The notes under the pieces: generated by a model | What the model saw: the letters and a program-made list of their open reading frames with translations, nothing else | Database searches by the model: none | What the model was told of the DNA's origin: nothing | Part shown: positions 10,643-20,838 of the stretch, one piece after another | Position numbering within the stretch: position 1 is the stretch's first letter | Layout: each line of letters starts with the position of its first letter | Assembly (NCBI GenBank): GCA_964399865.1 | Contig: CAYNRJ010000001.1 | Location: forward strand, 138,050-202,049 | Source of the DNA: an uncultured Candidatus Saccharibacteria bacterium | GTDB taxonomy: Bacteria; Patescibacteriota; Minisyncoccia; Phycocordibacterales; UBA2100 | Length of the DNA: 64,000 bases | Reading direction: 5' to 3' | Made by a program: the position numbers and the translations under genes

Positions 10643-11986
10643 ATGGCAACACGAACACTCATTTCTGAATTGAAGGATAAAGTCGGTGAATCCGTGACAA
10701 TTAAAGGCTGGATTTCCGTACGTCGCGATCAAGGAAAAATGGTCTTCTTTGATATTCGCGATCGATCCGGCACAGTTCAAGCTGTAGTACTGCCAAAAAG
10801 TGCAGCAATTGAGGCCGCAAAGGAGACACGGCTTGAATCAGTAGTTTCTGTCGAGGGAAAAGTGAATCAGCGTCCTGAAAAAAATCGAAACGCTAAGGTT
10901 CAGAACGGCGATATCGAGCTTGAGGTACTCGGCCTCACAATTCTCGCGCAAGCAGAAGTGCTGCCATTCGATATGTCTGCGGATGGCTTTAATCTCGACT
11001 CAACGACAGAGCTCGATCACCGCGCTCTCACGCTTCGTCACCCGCGTTTTCGCGCGATCTTTAAGGTTCAAGCTGTCATCATTGATTCATTCAGAGAGTT
11101 TATGAAGTCACAAGACTTCTTGGAATTCCAAGCCCCTGCGATCGTGCCCGCAACGGCAGAAGGCGGCTCGGAAGTCTTCCCGATAAAATATTTCGACCAG
11201 AAGGCGTACCTCTCTCAGTCACCACAGCTCTACAAACAGATCGTAATGACCGCATTCGAGCGAGTATTTTCTGTAAACAAGGTATTCCGTGCGGAGCCGA
11301 GTGCGACGACCCGACACCTCACAGAAATTGTTTCTCTCGATGCTGAAATGGCATTCATCGATTCGTGGCGAGACGTGAGAGACATGTCAGAAAAAACAGT
11401 AAAATTCATCCTGAAACAATTGCAGGAGAAATGCGCGACTGAATTGGAATTCTTACAGGCAACCCTACCAGTCATAATCGAGGAAACACCAACCCTCTCT
11501 CTCACTGAGGCTCAAGAAAAAATCGAAGCAAAGAGTGGACGAAAGGTTGTAGGAGATAAAGACCTGAACCCCGAGGATGAGCGTACGCTGTGCGAAATTA
11601 TCAAAGAAGAGACGGGTTCTGATTTCGTCTACGTATACGGCTATCCGACCCGACAGAAGCCATTTTACGTCTATCCAAACCCGGAGAAGCCAGAGTTTAA
11701 CGAGGGCATGGACCTGCTTTGCCGCGGTGTCGAATGGCTCTCAGGCGGCCGACGCATCAATGACTACAATCAGCTTCTCGAGCACGTAAAACTATGGAAA
11801 ATGGATCCTAAAAAGATTGAAATGTTCCTCGAAGCGTTCCGATACGGCGTTCCACCGGAAGGCGGCTTCGCTTTTGGTGCAGAACGCATGACTATGCAGA
11901 TCTTGGGACTTAAAAATATCCGTGAAGCAGCAATGTTCCCAAGGGATATGAGCCGAATTGATCAGCGCCTCGCTACCGAAGAATAA
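10643..11986 (+). CDS. aspS: Aspartyl-tRNA synthetase, class IIb short (archaeal/eukaryal-type, probably non-discriminating). AsnRS is not excluded.
   Basis: N-terminal OB anticodon-binding fold, QSPQLYKQ motif, motif 2 (FRAEPSATTRHLTE) and motif 3 (GGFAFGAERM). 447 aa. Confidence 0.7.
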   Translation: MATRTLISELKDKVGESVTIKGWISVRRDQGKMVFFDIRDRSGTVQAVVLPKSAAIEAAKETRLESVVSVEGKVNQRPEKNRNAKVQNGDIELEVLGLTILAQAEVLPFDMSADGFNLDSTTELDHRALTLRHPRFRAIFKVQAVIIDSFREFMKSQDFLEFQAPAIVPATAEGGSEVFPIKYFDQKAYLSQSPQLYKQIVMTAFERVFSVNKVFRAEPSATTRHLTEIVSLDAEMAFIDSWRDVRDMSEKTVKFILKQLQEKCATELEFLQATLPVIIEETPTLSLTEAQEKIEAKSGRKVVGDKDLNPEDERTLCEIIKEETGSDFVYVYGYPTRQKPFYVYPNPEKPEFNEGMDLLCRGVEWLSGGRRINDYNQLLEHVKLWKMDPKKIEMFLEAFRYGVPPEGGFAFGAERMTMQILGLKNIREAAMFPRDMSRIDQRLATEE

Positions 11987-12007
11987 TAAGGAATATCCTG
12001 AGGAAAC

Positions 12008-12730
12008 ATGGATACGTTCAACATCACCACACACGTCTTTCAGGGACCACTCGAGACTCTTCTCAATCTTATTGAAGAGCGTAAACTTTCGATCTCTGAA
12101 GTCTCACTTTCAGAAGTCACTGACGCATATCTCGCATACGTCGAAAAGCTTCCTGAAATGCCGCTCGGGGAAACCGCGCAATTCATACTCGTTGCTTCCA
12201 CACTTCTTCTTATTAAATCGCGCACTCTACTTCCCACGCTCGACCTTTCTGAAGAGGAGCGCGAGAGTGTCGTTGAACTCGAACGCCGACTTGCGCGTTA
12301 CGCACTCATCAGGAAAACCGCAAAACTTCTCCGCGGCAGCTGGGGAACTTCGCCGCTTCTTCTTGCGACACGCGCCCCCCTTCGCGAGCCTGTATTCATG
12401 CCAGCTGAAACAACAACCTCGACACTGCTCAAGGCGGCACAAAGATTAGTTTCGATTTTGCCAAAACCTGAGGCCATGGCTCGAGCTATGGTGGCTCCTA
12501 TTCTTGCGCTCGAAGATGTTATTGCCGGGCTGAAAGAGCGTCTAACAACAGCATTCAAGGCTAGCTTCAAAGAGCTCACTCGATCAAAAAACAAACTCGA
12601 TACCATCGTATATTTCCTCGCTGCGTTAGAATTAGTGCGCTCGGGATCAATAAGCGTGACACAGGAGCGTCTCTTTGAAGACATAATTCTTACCTCCGAA
12701 TCAACCGGCGTACCTCGCTACGGCACATGA
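12008..12730 (+). CDS. scpA: Segregation and condensation protein A.
   Basis: Typical ScpA N-terminus (LETLLNLIEERKLSISEVSLSEVTDAYLAYV). 240 aa. Confidence 0.8.
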   Translation: MDTFNITTHVFQGPLETLLNLIEERKLSISEVSLSEVTDAYLAYVEKLPEMPLGETAQFILVASTLLLIKSRTLLPTLDLSEEERESVVELERRLARYALIRKTAKLLRGSWGTSPLLLATRAPLREPVFMPAETTTSTLLKAAQRLVSILPKPEAMARAMVAPILALEDVIAGLKERLTTAFKASFKELTRSKNKLDTIVYFLAALELVRSGSISVTQERLFEDIILTSESTGVPRYGT

Positions 12731-13314
12731 ATATGACACCTACTAAAAGTATCGAACAAATCGCATCGGCAGCTGAAGCAATGCTTTTCGCAGAAGGCGG
12801 CCCAATGTTGCGCAAAAAACTAGCGACCGCATTAGAGTGCAAAGAAGCTGAACTCCAGGAAGCGCTCGCCGCCCTCTCTGCAAGGCTTACGGGAGGAATT
12901 TCACTTGTCCAAACAGACTCTGAAGTAAGTCTCGCGATCTCTAAGGAATCATCAGGCGTCGTCTTAGCTGCACAGAAGAAAGAGCTCTCTCGAGACATCG
13001 GCGAAGCGGGCCTCGAAGTACTCTCTATTATTTTGTATTGCGGACCTTCGACGAGAGCGCGCATCGATTACATCCGCGGTGTAAATACTGCTTCAACGCT
13101 GCGTGCTCTGCTTTCTCGCGGACTTATTGAGCGGGAAGGAAATCCAGCTGATGCCCGCGAGTATTTGTACAAACCTTCCGTAGAACTCCTCGCACATCTC
13201 GGCGTCTCCAGAAGGGAAGAGCTTCCCGATTATGCTACGATATCCGCCGAGCTTGCGCGTTTTGAGCAGGAGCAAAAAAATGATAATGGAAATACCGAAC
13301 CAACTACCGAATAG
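12727..13314 (+). CDS. scpB: Segregation and condensation protein B.
   Basis: ScpB winged-helix signature (EAMLFAEGGPM...L). ATGA overlap with scpA. Confidence 0.75.
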   Translation: MNMTPTKSIEQIASAAEAMLFAEGGPMLRKKLATALECKEAELQEALAALSARLTGGISLVQTDSEVSLAISKESSGVVLAAQKKELSRDIGEAGLEVLSIILYCGPSTRARIDYIRGVNTASTLRALLSRGLIEREGNPADAREYLYKPSVELLAHLGVSRREELPDYATISAELARFEQEQKNDNGNTEPTTE

Positions 13315-14278
13315 CGCTCCGCTGACTTCGCTCCCACAGAGCATTTATTCCCGCAATATCGTGGTCACGATCGTTGGCGTCCTTATAATCCTGACAGCGG
13401 TCCTCATCGCAATAATCGGGTATTCACCGATACGTAACGAAACTTCTACTAACCTTGCTACTGCGGCTGCAGCGACCGAGACTGCATTCCGAGATGTAGA
13501 GATCCTTGGAGGTGCCGCGATCGTCATCGATCTTCAGACGAGGAAGGTACTCTTCGAGAAAAATGCAGACGCGCAGCTTGCGCTCGCTTCTCTTACAAAA
13601 GTTCCCCTGGTGCTGGCAGCAGCAGAGGTATTACAACCGAACACAATAATTCGAATCCCAAGAGAGATCCGGAGCGCGATGGGAGTGACCTTATTCAGAG
13701 AAGGAGAGGCGTGGAGCATACAGGACATCATTGATGCAACCCTCATCACCTCATCAAATAGCGGAGCTGAATTTCTATCTGAGCTCGCTAACGAGGAAAT
13801 GCATGCAAAGTATCCACTCTCGCCGAGCGAAAAGGCCGTTCTATGGAGAATGAATGAGATTGCTAAGGAACTTGGCTTGAGCCAAACGTATTTTCTGAAT
13901 GTAAGCGGACTAGATATTTCCACATCTCTTGCTGGCTCATACGGATCAGCACGCGATGTCGCAACAATGCTCGCGCACGCGTTCGAGGAAGACTCATCGC
14001 TTTTTTCGGGGACAGCACGAGGGGGAGTTCTTCTCACTTCGGAGGAGGGATCCGAGATTACTGCTGTTAACACCAACGAATCCGAGAGCGTGATCCCGGG
14101 TCTTATTATGGGGAAGACCGGGTTTACGGACCTAGCGGGAGGAAATCTCGGTGTAGTATTTGATGTAGGGATAGGCCATCCCGTGGTCATCGTTGTTCTA
14201 GGTTCGACACCAGACGGTCGGTTTGCCGATGTGCAGGCCCTGCGAGAGCGAACCATCTCTTCAATAACTTCTCAATAA
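13280..14278 (+). CDS. D-alanyl-D-alanine carboxypeptidase (S11, PBP5-like).
   Basis: SxxK (ASLTK), SxN (SSNS) and KTG (GKTGFT) motifs after an N-terminal TM anchor. The start is set at an internal Met and overlaps the scpB 3' end. The track start at 13232 is also possible. Confidence 0.75.
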   Translation: MIMEIPNQLPNSAPLTSLPQSIYSRNIVVTIVGVLIILTAVLIAIIGYSPIRNETSTNLATAAAATETAFRDVEILGGAAIVIDLQTRKVLFEKNADAQLALASLTKVPLVLAAAEVLQPNTIIRIPREIRSAMGVTLFREGEAWSIQDIIDATLITSSNSGAEFLSELANEEMHAKYPLSPSEKAVLWRMNEIAKELGLSQTYFLNVSGLDISTSLAGSYGSARDVATMLAHAFEEDSSLFSGTARGGVLLTSEEGSEITAVNTNESESVIPGLIMGKTGFTDLAGGNLGVVFDVGIGHPVVIVVLGSTPDGRFADVQALRERTISSITSQ

Positions 14279-14284
14279 ATACAT

Positions 14285-15346
14285 ATGCTCCCAGATATCG
14301 TAAAAGTACTTGTTCCAGCCACGGCTTCATTCTTGATCGGAATGGCAATAACGCCGATCATCACTCACTATTTGTACAAATATAAGGCATGGAAAAAGAC
14401 TGCAGGAAAGACCGCGCTCGATGGCTCCGTCGCCGAAGGGTTCAATAGACTCCATGGCACGCGCGAGGTGCGGGCTCCGCGTATGGGAGGAATCATCGTA
14501 TGGGCAAGCGCTGCTCTCACTGTAATTGGCATTGCGCTTTTTGCCGCCTTTTTCCCAAGTGAGACAGCGGAGAAGCTCAACTTTCTCTCTAGGAATCAGA
14601 CGTGGATCCCCCTTGCAACGCTGCTCCTAGGGGCATTTGTGGGCCTTGTAGACGACTTAATGGTCATACGGCCAGGCGGAAAAGGAGTTCCACTTGTCGC
14701 TCGAATTGGCCTCGTTACAGTTCTGTCGTCGGTGATCGGTTGGTGGTTTTGGGACAAACTTGATGTCACAACTATCGGAATTCCGTTTGGCGCACCACTT
14801 GAAATCGGTTGGCTTGTCGTGCCTCTTTTTATGCTTGTCGCACTTGCACTCTACGCCTCCGGCGTTATCGACGGCATTGATGGGCTCTCAGGGGGTGTCC
14901 TCGGTAGCATATTCGCTTCATACGCAATCATCGCGTTCGCTCAGCAGCAGATCGATGTCGCCGCGTTTTCTGCTGCGATCTTAGGAGGCCTACTCGCGTT
15001 CCTTTGGTTCAACATACCTCCCGCGCGATTCTATATGTCCGAAACGGGGACAATGGCTCTTACCCTTACGATCGCGACTCTCGCATTCACGACAGATTCG
15101 CTCGGCGGGGGAGTTGGTATTGCAGTACTTCCGATCATAGGAGCAATTCTTGTTGCCACTGTGTTTTCTATAATCTTACAAACCATTTGGAAGAAATTCT
15201 TGGGAAGAAAACTGTTCCGTATCGCTCCACTTCATCATCATTTCGAAGCGCTAGGCTGGCCAGAATACAAAGTCGTTATGCGGTACTGGGTCCTTTCAAT
15301 CGTATTTGCGTTCGCGGGTGTGACAGTCGCACTCACGTCTATCTAA
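14285..15346 (+). CDS. mraY: Phospho-N-acetylmuramoyl-pentapeptide transferase.
   Basis: 10-TM protein with MraY motifs (GLVDD, DGIDGL, HHHFE). Confidence 0.9.
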   Translation: MLPDIVKVLVPATASFLIGMAITPIITHYLYKYKAWKKTAGKTALDGSVAEGFNRLHGTREVRAPRMGGIIVWASAALTVIGIALFAAFFPSETAEKLNFLSRNQTWIPLATLLLGAFVGLVDDLMVIRPGGKGVPLVARIGLVTVLSSVIGWWFWDKLDVTTIGIPFGAPLEIGWLVVPLFMLVALALYASGVIDGIDGLSGGVLGSIFASYAIIAFAQQQIDVAAFSAAILGGLLAFLWFNIPPARFYMSETGTMALTLTIATLAFTTDSLGGGVGIAVLPIIGAILVATVFSIILQTIWKKFLGRKLFRIAPLHHHFEALGWPEYKVVMRYWVLSIVFAFAGVTVALTSI

Positions 15347-15350
15347 TACG

Positions 15351-16451
15351 ATGTCAAAACACAGCGCACGAATTGATAAACCGCTTGCCATTATTCTCCT
15401 CCTTCTCGTCGGAGGCGGGATGATGATCTTTTCGTCCGCTGTATTCGGATCTTTAGGACGAGGTGTTGCTCACGCATCGTCAGTCGCTTTTAATCATTTC
15501 GTATTCGGAGTTGGCGCAGGAACAGTCCTCTTGATTGCGGCAACTTTCATAAACTACAAAACCTGGAGACGTTTCGCGCCTCACCTTTTTATTCTCTCTC
15601 TTATCGCAACCGCGATGGTGTTCGTACCATTCATTGGCTTCGAGCACGGTGGGGGAAAGAGATGGATCGTTCTCTTCGGGCAGACCTTCCAACCGTCAGA
15701 AGCGCTTAAGATCGGCACGGTTATCATGGCCGCCGCGTATTTTTCGATGATACGTACACGAATTGAAGATATGCGATACGGACTCGGGGGACTTGGTGCG
15801 ATCCTGATTGGTCCCGTTATTCTTCTCATGCTTCAGCCAGACCTTGGAACCTTGGGGATCATCGTCATTTCGACACTTGCAGTATTTGTTGCAGCGGGTG
15901 CGCGCTTTCGTGACCTTGCGATCGTTATCTGCGTAGGTATCACAGCGCTTGCACTTGTCGCGCTTTTCATGCCGCACGCGCGCGAGCGTCTTGTTACATT
16001 CGTTAACCCATCTCAAGCGCCACAGGCCGAAGGCTATCAGATCCGACAAGCACTTATCGCTGTCGGCTCCGGAGGTCTTACAGGACGAGGATTTGGACAA
16101 AGTGTGCAGAAGTTTACCTATCTACCAGAGCCGATGGGGGATTCTATTTTCGCGATAGCTGCAGAGGAATTCGGCTTCGTGGGAGCAGTCTCTATCATTG
16201 GGCTCTTCCTCGCATTTGTCCTGCGTAGTCTTGCCATCGCATCAAAAGTCACGGAATCATTTGGTGGACTGCTTATAGTGGGAATTGCCGCGTACCTCAC
16301 GATCGAAGCATTCATAAACATCGGAGCAATGCTTGGGGTCGCTCCGCTTACAGGCGTACCTCTCACATTCATAAGTCAGGGAGGAAGCGCAATGTTAATG
16401 TGTCTTTTCTCCGCGGGAATTCTCCTTAATATCTCAAAATTTGCGAAATAA
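15351..16451 (+). CDS. ftsW: SEDS-family peptidoglycan glycosyltransferase (FtsW/RodA).
   Basis: 10-TM protein with FtsW/RodA-type conserved loops. Sits between mraY and murG. Confidence 0.85.
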   Translation: MSKHSARIDKPLAIILLLLVGGGMMIFSSAVFGSLGRGVAHASSVAFNHFVFGVGAGTVLLIAATFINYKTWRRFAPHLFILSLIATAMVFVPFIGFEHGGGKRWIVLFGQTFQPSEALKIGTVIMAAAYFSMIRTRIEDMRYGLGGLGAILIGPVILLMLQPDLGTLGIIVISTLAVFVAAGARFRDLAIVICVGITALALVALFMPHARERLVTFVNPSQAPQAEGYQIRQALIAVGSGGLTGRGFGQSVQKFTYLPEPMGDSIFAIAAEEFGFVGAVSIIGLFLAFVLRSLAIASKVTESFGGLLIVGIAAYLTIEAFINIGAMLGVAPLTGVPLTFISQGGSAMLMCLFSAGILLNISKFAK

Positions 16452-16465
16452 GATAAGATACACGC

Positions 16466-16984
16466 ATGATTAAACTTAAACAGATCCAAAAAACCTACCT
16501 CCCAGAATTCGTCTACGGTGGCATGGATGGCGCCGTAACAACATTTGCTGTCGTAGCGGGTACAGTCGGGGCAGCTCTTTCGCCCACAATCGTTATAATC
16601 TTGGGATTTGCGAATCTTTTTGCCGATGGATTCTCCATGGCTGCTTCCAATTATCTATCCACCAAATCAGAGAGAGATCTCGGTAAAGGGGAGGGGAGTA
16701 AAGCTCCTATAAAAACCGCGATCGCCACCTTCATAGCATTCATTATCGTTGGGTTCGTCCCACTCCTTTCATTCGTGGCGGCAACGTTTTACGAAAGTAT
16801 CCACCAGTACCAGTTCCAACTATCCATTCTGCTCACTGGAATCGCTTTCCTCATTATCGGTTTTGAACGAGGTCGCCTAGGGAACACCTCGATTGCTCGC
16901 TCTATCTTTTCAACGCTAACAATTGGCGGACTCGCGGCGTTTATCTCTTATATCGTCGGTTATTTGCTTCAGATGCTCATATAG
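16466..16984 (+). CDS. VIT1/CCC1-family membrane protein (putative Fe/Mn transporter).
   Basis: [15 protein letters not shown] signature of the VIT family. 172 aa. Inserted between ftsW and murG. Confidence 0.55.
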   Translation: MIKLKQIQKTYLPEFVYGGMDGAVTTFAVVAGTVGAALSPTIVIILGFANLFADGFSMAASNYLSTKSERDLGKGEGSKAPIKTAIATFIAFIIVGFVPLLSFVAATFYESIHQYQFQLSILLTGIAFLIIGFERGRLGNTSIARSIFSTLTIGGLAAFISYIVGYLLQMLI

Positions 16985-17048
16985 CGCACCTATCTAAGCT
17001 CGACCTGAGAGGTCTACAATAGCCCGAAATTGCGGTAAAATAGGCAGA

Positions 17049-18191
17049 ATGAAAATCGCGCTTTTAGGTGGTGGAAGTGGGGGTCATTTTTACCCTCTTA
17101 TTGCCGTTGCAGAAGCACTTGAAGACATCACGAAAGAACGCAGACTTATCGAGCCAGACCTTTACTACATCGGCCCCGAGCCATTTGATGCGGAAACCCT
17201 TCTCGAACACGAGATACAACATATTCCAGGTTCAGCGGGGCGCACCCGTCGATACTTCAGCATTTTAAATTTCTTCGATGTGTTCCGAACAGGCTTCGGA
17301 ATTATTCGTTCTCTCATGACACTCTTCCGCCTCTATCCGGATGTCATATTCTCGACCGGTGGGTATGCAGCATTTCCTACTCTCTTTGCCGCTCGTATTT
17401 TAGGTATTCCAGTAGTTATATACGATGCTGATGCAGTTCCAGGACGAGTGTCATTGTGGTCGTCACACTTCGCCCGTTGGATCGCGCTTGCACATCCAGA
17501 TTCTGCAAAAAGCTTCCCGGCGAAAGTAATGGAAAAGATCGCACAAGTTGGGCATCCAATACGAAAGGAGATAGAAAAAACTGCAGCTGAAGGTGGTCAT
17601 GAATTTCTCCGATTGGATCCGACCGCACAAACGGTATTTGTGGTTGGTGGGTCCCTTGGCGCAACTACGTTAAATGAGACCCTGCTCGATGCGCTTCCTG
17701 AGCTCGTCACCAGATACAACGTCGTACATCAAACAGGCATCGCGAATTTAAAAGAAGTCACTGAGCTGTCCGAAGTCATTTTGAAGAATTCTCCGAAGCG
17801 TGATCGATATCGATCCTTCGGACTACTAAACACCTTGGCTCTCCGAATGACCGCGGGGATTGCAAATGTGATCGTCTCTCGCGCAGGGAGCGGCATGATA
17901 TTTGAAATTGCAGCCTGGGGAGTACCGGCAATCCTCGTTCCAATTCCGACTGACGTCTCCCACGACCAGATCGAAAATGCGTTTTCATACGCCCGCGCGG
18001 GAGCCGCGACCGTCCTAGAGCAGAAGAACCTCACGCCCCACCTTCTTGTTGCGGAAATAGACCGCCTCATGGGAGATCCCGTGCTCCAAGCAAAGATGAA
18101 AGAAGCTGCGCATGCCTTTGCAAGACCGGACGCAGCGAGAAAGATAGGAGAAATACTCATTGAAACAGGTCTCGAGCACGCACCGAAATAA
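17049..18191 (+). CDS. murG: Undecaprenyldiphospho-muramoylpentapeptide beta-N-acetylglucosaminyltransferase.
   Basis: GT28 N-terminal G-loop (GGSGGHFYP) and a C-terminal UDP-GlcNAc-binding region. Confidence 0.85.
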   Translation: MKIALLGGGSGGHFYPLIAVAEALEDITKERRLIEPDLYYIGPEPFDAETLLEHEIQHIPGSAGRTRRYFSILNFFDVFRTGFGIIRSLMTLFRLYPDVIFSTGGYAAFPTLFAARILGIPVVIYDADAVPGRVSLWSSHFARWIALAHPDSAKSFPAKVMEKIAQVGHPIRKEIEKTAAEGGHEFLRLDPTAQTVFVVGGSLGATTLNETLLDALPELVTRYNVVHQTGIANLKEVTELSEVILKNSPKRDRYRSFGLLNTLALRMTAGIANVIVSRAGSGMIFEIAAWGVPAILVPIPTDVSHDQIENAFSYARAGAATVLEQKNLTPHLLVAEIDRLMGDPVLQAKMKEAAHAFARPDAARKIGEILIETGLEHAPK

Positions 18192-18208
18192 TAGCTCGTC
18201 ATATTTGT

Positions 18209-19573
18209 ATGTCATCAAAAGTGGTAACACGTTTTCCTCCGAGTCCGACTGGATTTTTTCATATCGGGAGTGCTCGCACTGCGCTTTTTAATTATCTGTT
18301 TGCTGCTCACCATAAGGGCTCGATGCTTCTGAGATTTGAAGATACTGACACAGCTCGCAGTAAGAAAGAATTCGAGGAAGATATTCTTGCGGGTATGAAA
18401 TGGCTCAATCTGCCATACACACTTCCAAGTGTATACAGGCAGTCCGAGCGAACTGAAGTCTATAAAGCGGCACTTAAGCACTTATTCGATACAGACGCGG
18501 CATATATATCGGTAGAACCAGCTAAAGAAGACCCCACAAAGGAGGTGTCGGTTGTTCGTCTCCGAAATCCGGGAAAATCAGTGACCTTCAGCGACAGTAT
18601 CCGTGGTGAAGTTACTTTTGATACTACGGAGCTAGGGGACTTCGTTATCGCACGAAGTATTGATGCACCTCTGTATCATCTCACTGTCGTTGTAGACGAT
18701 CATGACATGGGTGTGACCCACGTCATCCGAGGAGAAGACCACGTGTCTAACACCCCTCGCCAGATCCTCATTCTTGAGGCTCTAGGCTATACGCGGCCGC
18801 AATATGCCCATATACCGCTCATTCTCGCCCCTGACCGATCAAAACTCTCAAAGCGTCACGGAGCTATCTCGGTTAATGAATACCGAGCTCAGGGCTTTCT
18901 TCCTGAGGCTGTTTTGAATTATTTGGCGCTCCTTGGTTGGAATCCTGGCACTGATAAAGAGATATTTTCTCTTGAAGAGCTCGTAGCGACTTTCGACATC
19001 ACGAAGATACAGAAAGGAGGTGCGATATTCGATATAAAGAAATTGCGTTGGTTCAATCGTGAGTATTTACTCAAACTTCCCCCTGGGGAGTTCAATAGGG
19101 AAGCGGGTAAGGTACTGCGGGATGCGCTCACTGCACGAAACCTTCCAATAAATGAAGTCATTATCGAGAAAATTCTTCCTACCCTCCGCGAGCGCATCGA
19201 AGTATGGAGCGACATTACAGCTCAGGCGGATGCAGGGGATTTTGATTTCTTCTTTAAGGCGCCAGAAGTAGATCTCGCAAAAGTTCCTGGAAAGGGAATT
19301 GACGTCGCGACTACTACCACTCATCTAGAGCAAGTATTTACTCTTCTTTCTTCTATTACAGATAAAGACTTTACAAATGCCGAGTCTGTGAAAGCTGCTA
19401 TCTGGGATTACGCGACGGAAGCGGGTCGCGCTGCCGTGTTATGGCCGCTACGCTACTCCTTAACAGGCAAAGATCGCTCTCCGGATCCATTTGTTGTGTC
19501 CTCTGTTATCGGGAAAGAAGAAACACTCTCACGCGTCAAAAGGGTAATAGATGCATTGAAAAAAACCTCATGA
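18209..19573 (+). CDS. gltX: Glutamyl-tRNA synthetase.
   Basis: Class I HIGH motif (FHIGSART) and KMSKS-like KLSKR. 454 aa. Confidence 0.9.
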   Translation: MSSKVVTRFPPSPTGFFHIGSARTALFNYLFAAHHKGSMLLRFEDTDTARSKKEFEEDILAGMKWLNLPYTLPSVYRQSERTEVYKAALKHLFDTDAAYISVEPAKEDPTKEVSVVRLRNPGKSVTFSDSIRGEVTFDTTELGDFVIARSIDAPLYHLTVVVDDHDMGVTHVIRGEDHVSNTPRQILILEALGYTRPQYAHIPLILAPDRSKLSKRHGAISVNEYRAQGFLPEAVLNYLALLGWNPGTDKEIFSLEELVATFDITKIQKGGAIFDIKKLRWFNREYLLKLPPGEFNREAGKVLRDALTARNLPINEVIIEKILPTLRERIEVWSDITAQADAGDFDFFFKAPEVDLAKVPGKGIDVATTTTHLEQVFTLLSSITDKDFTNAESVKAAIWDYATEAGRAAVLWPLRYSLTGKDRSPDPFVVSSVIGKEETLSRVKRVIDALKKTS

Positions 19574-20838
19574 AGAAGGCCTATCTCAACACATCGCTAC
19601 TTTCACTTTTTGCACTCATATTCCTCATCCCTACAGCATCCTCGGCGCAGTCCGCGGCTGAAATACGCGCTCAAATAGAGGCGCAGAATGCTCAAATTGA
19701 GGCACTCAATAAGGAAATCGCTGGCTATGAAAAGGAATTGACGGCTGTGGGTGCTCAGAAGCAAACGCTTCAGACTACGGTAGCGCAGCTCGATCTATCG
19801 CGAAAGAAAATAACCGCCAATATCAACGTCACGAAAAACAAAATCAGTACCTTACAGCTCGAATTGCAGAATCTCGCAAAAGATATTCAAAGGGCCGAGG
19901 GTTCAATTGGTGTGAACGAAGCGGGTCTTGCGGAGTCGATCCGCCGAGTGAATGAAGCTGAAACAAAGAGTATGGTGCTCGCCATGCTCTCATCAGCGAG
20001 TATTGCGACTTTGTGGAATGACGTAGACCAAGTGCGAGAACTACAGGACGCTATGAACACCGAGATTCAGGATCTTTCGGCTCAAAAGACTTCTCTTACA
20101 GAAACGAAGAACGCCACAGAGAGAAAGCAGGCTGAACTTGTCACGCAGCAGAAAAATCTAACTTCTCAGCAAAATTCATTGGACGTAACTCGTCGCGCAC
20201 AAGCGGAACTCTTGGCTCAAACAAAATCAAAGGAATCAAACTATCAGGCACTTCTTGCTGAGAAAGTTGCTGCAAAAGCTGCCTTCGAGCGCTCGCTTGA
20301 TGAGCTAGAGTCAAAATTGCAATTTACACTTGATCCATCTCGCGTTCCACCCGCAGGAAAAGGAATATTGCGATGGCCGCTCGATAACGTGTACGTGACA
20401 CAGAAATTCGGTAGAACCGGAGATTCTGGTCGACTTTACGTATCTGGAACTCATAACGGAATAGATTTCCGAGCATCTATTGGTACTCCAGTAAAAGCAG
20501 CCCTCAGTGGCACAGTCGTCGGCACAGGTAACACTGATCTTATCCGGGGATGCTATTCGTATGGCAAATGGGTACTCATCAAGCACGGCAACGGACTCAC
20601 AACTATCTATGCGCACCTCTCCGAGATAAAAGTGTCCCAGGGCTCTACTGTTTCAACAGGTGAAGTGATCGGTTACTCAGGTTTTACTGGCTACGCGACG
20701 GGCCCACATCTTCACTTCGGTCTCTACGCCTCCGACGCGGTCAGCGTTCAGCAATTGAGCTCGGGTAAAGGATGCGACAAGGCAGTAATCCCTGTCTCGG
20801 CTGCAAGCGGCTATATGGATCCGATGGATTACCTCTAA
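19570..20838 (+). CDS. M23-family metalloendopeptidase with an N-terminal signal peptide and coiled-coil domain.
   Basis: Start chosen at MKKAYLNTSLLSLFALIFLIPTASSA (signal peptide, ATGA overlap with gltX). The C-terminal LytM/M23 has HxxxD (HNGIDF) and HLH (HLHFG). Confidence 0.8.
   Translation: MKKAYLNTSLLSLFALIFLIPTASSAQSAAEIRAQIEAQNAQIEALNKEIAGYEKELTAVGAQKQTLQTTVAQLDLSRKKITANINVTKNKISTLQLELQNLAKDIQRAEGSIGVNEAGLAESIRRVNEAETKSMVLAMLSSASIATLWNDVDQVRELQDAMNTEIQDLSAQKTSLTETKNATERKQAELVTQQKNLTSQQNSLDVTRRAQAELLAQTKSKESNYQALLAEKVAAKAAFERSLDELESKLQFTLDPSRVPPAGKGILRWPLDNVYVTQKFGRTGDSGRLYVSGTHNGIDFRASIGTPVKAALSGTVVGTGNTDLIRGCYSYGKWVLIKHGNGLTTIYAHLSEIKVSQGSTVSTGEVIGYSGFTGYATGPHLHFGLYASDAVSVQQLSSGKGCDKAVIPVSAASGYMDPMDYL

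Noticed and set aside
19441-19569. N-terminal 43-codon extension of the M23 peptidase ORF.
   Set aside because: It overlaps the gltX 3' end in another frame. The downstream ATG at 19570 gives a canonical signal peptide and an ATGA overlap with gltX.
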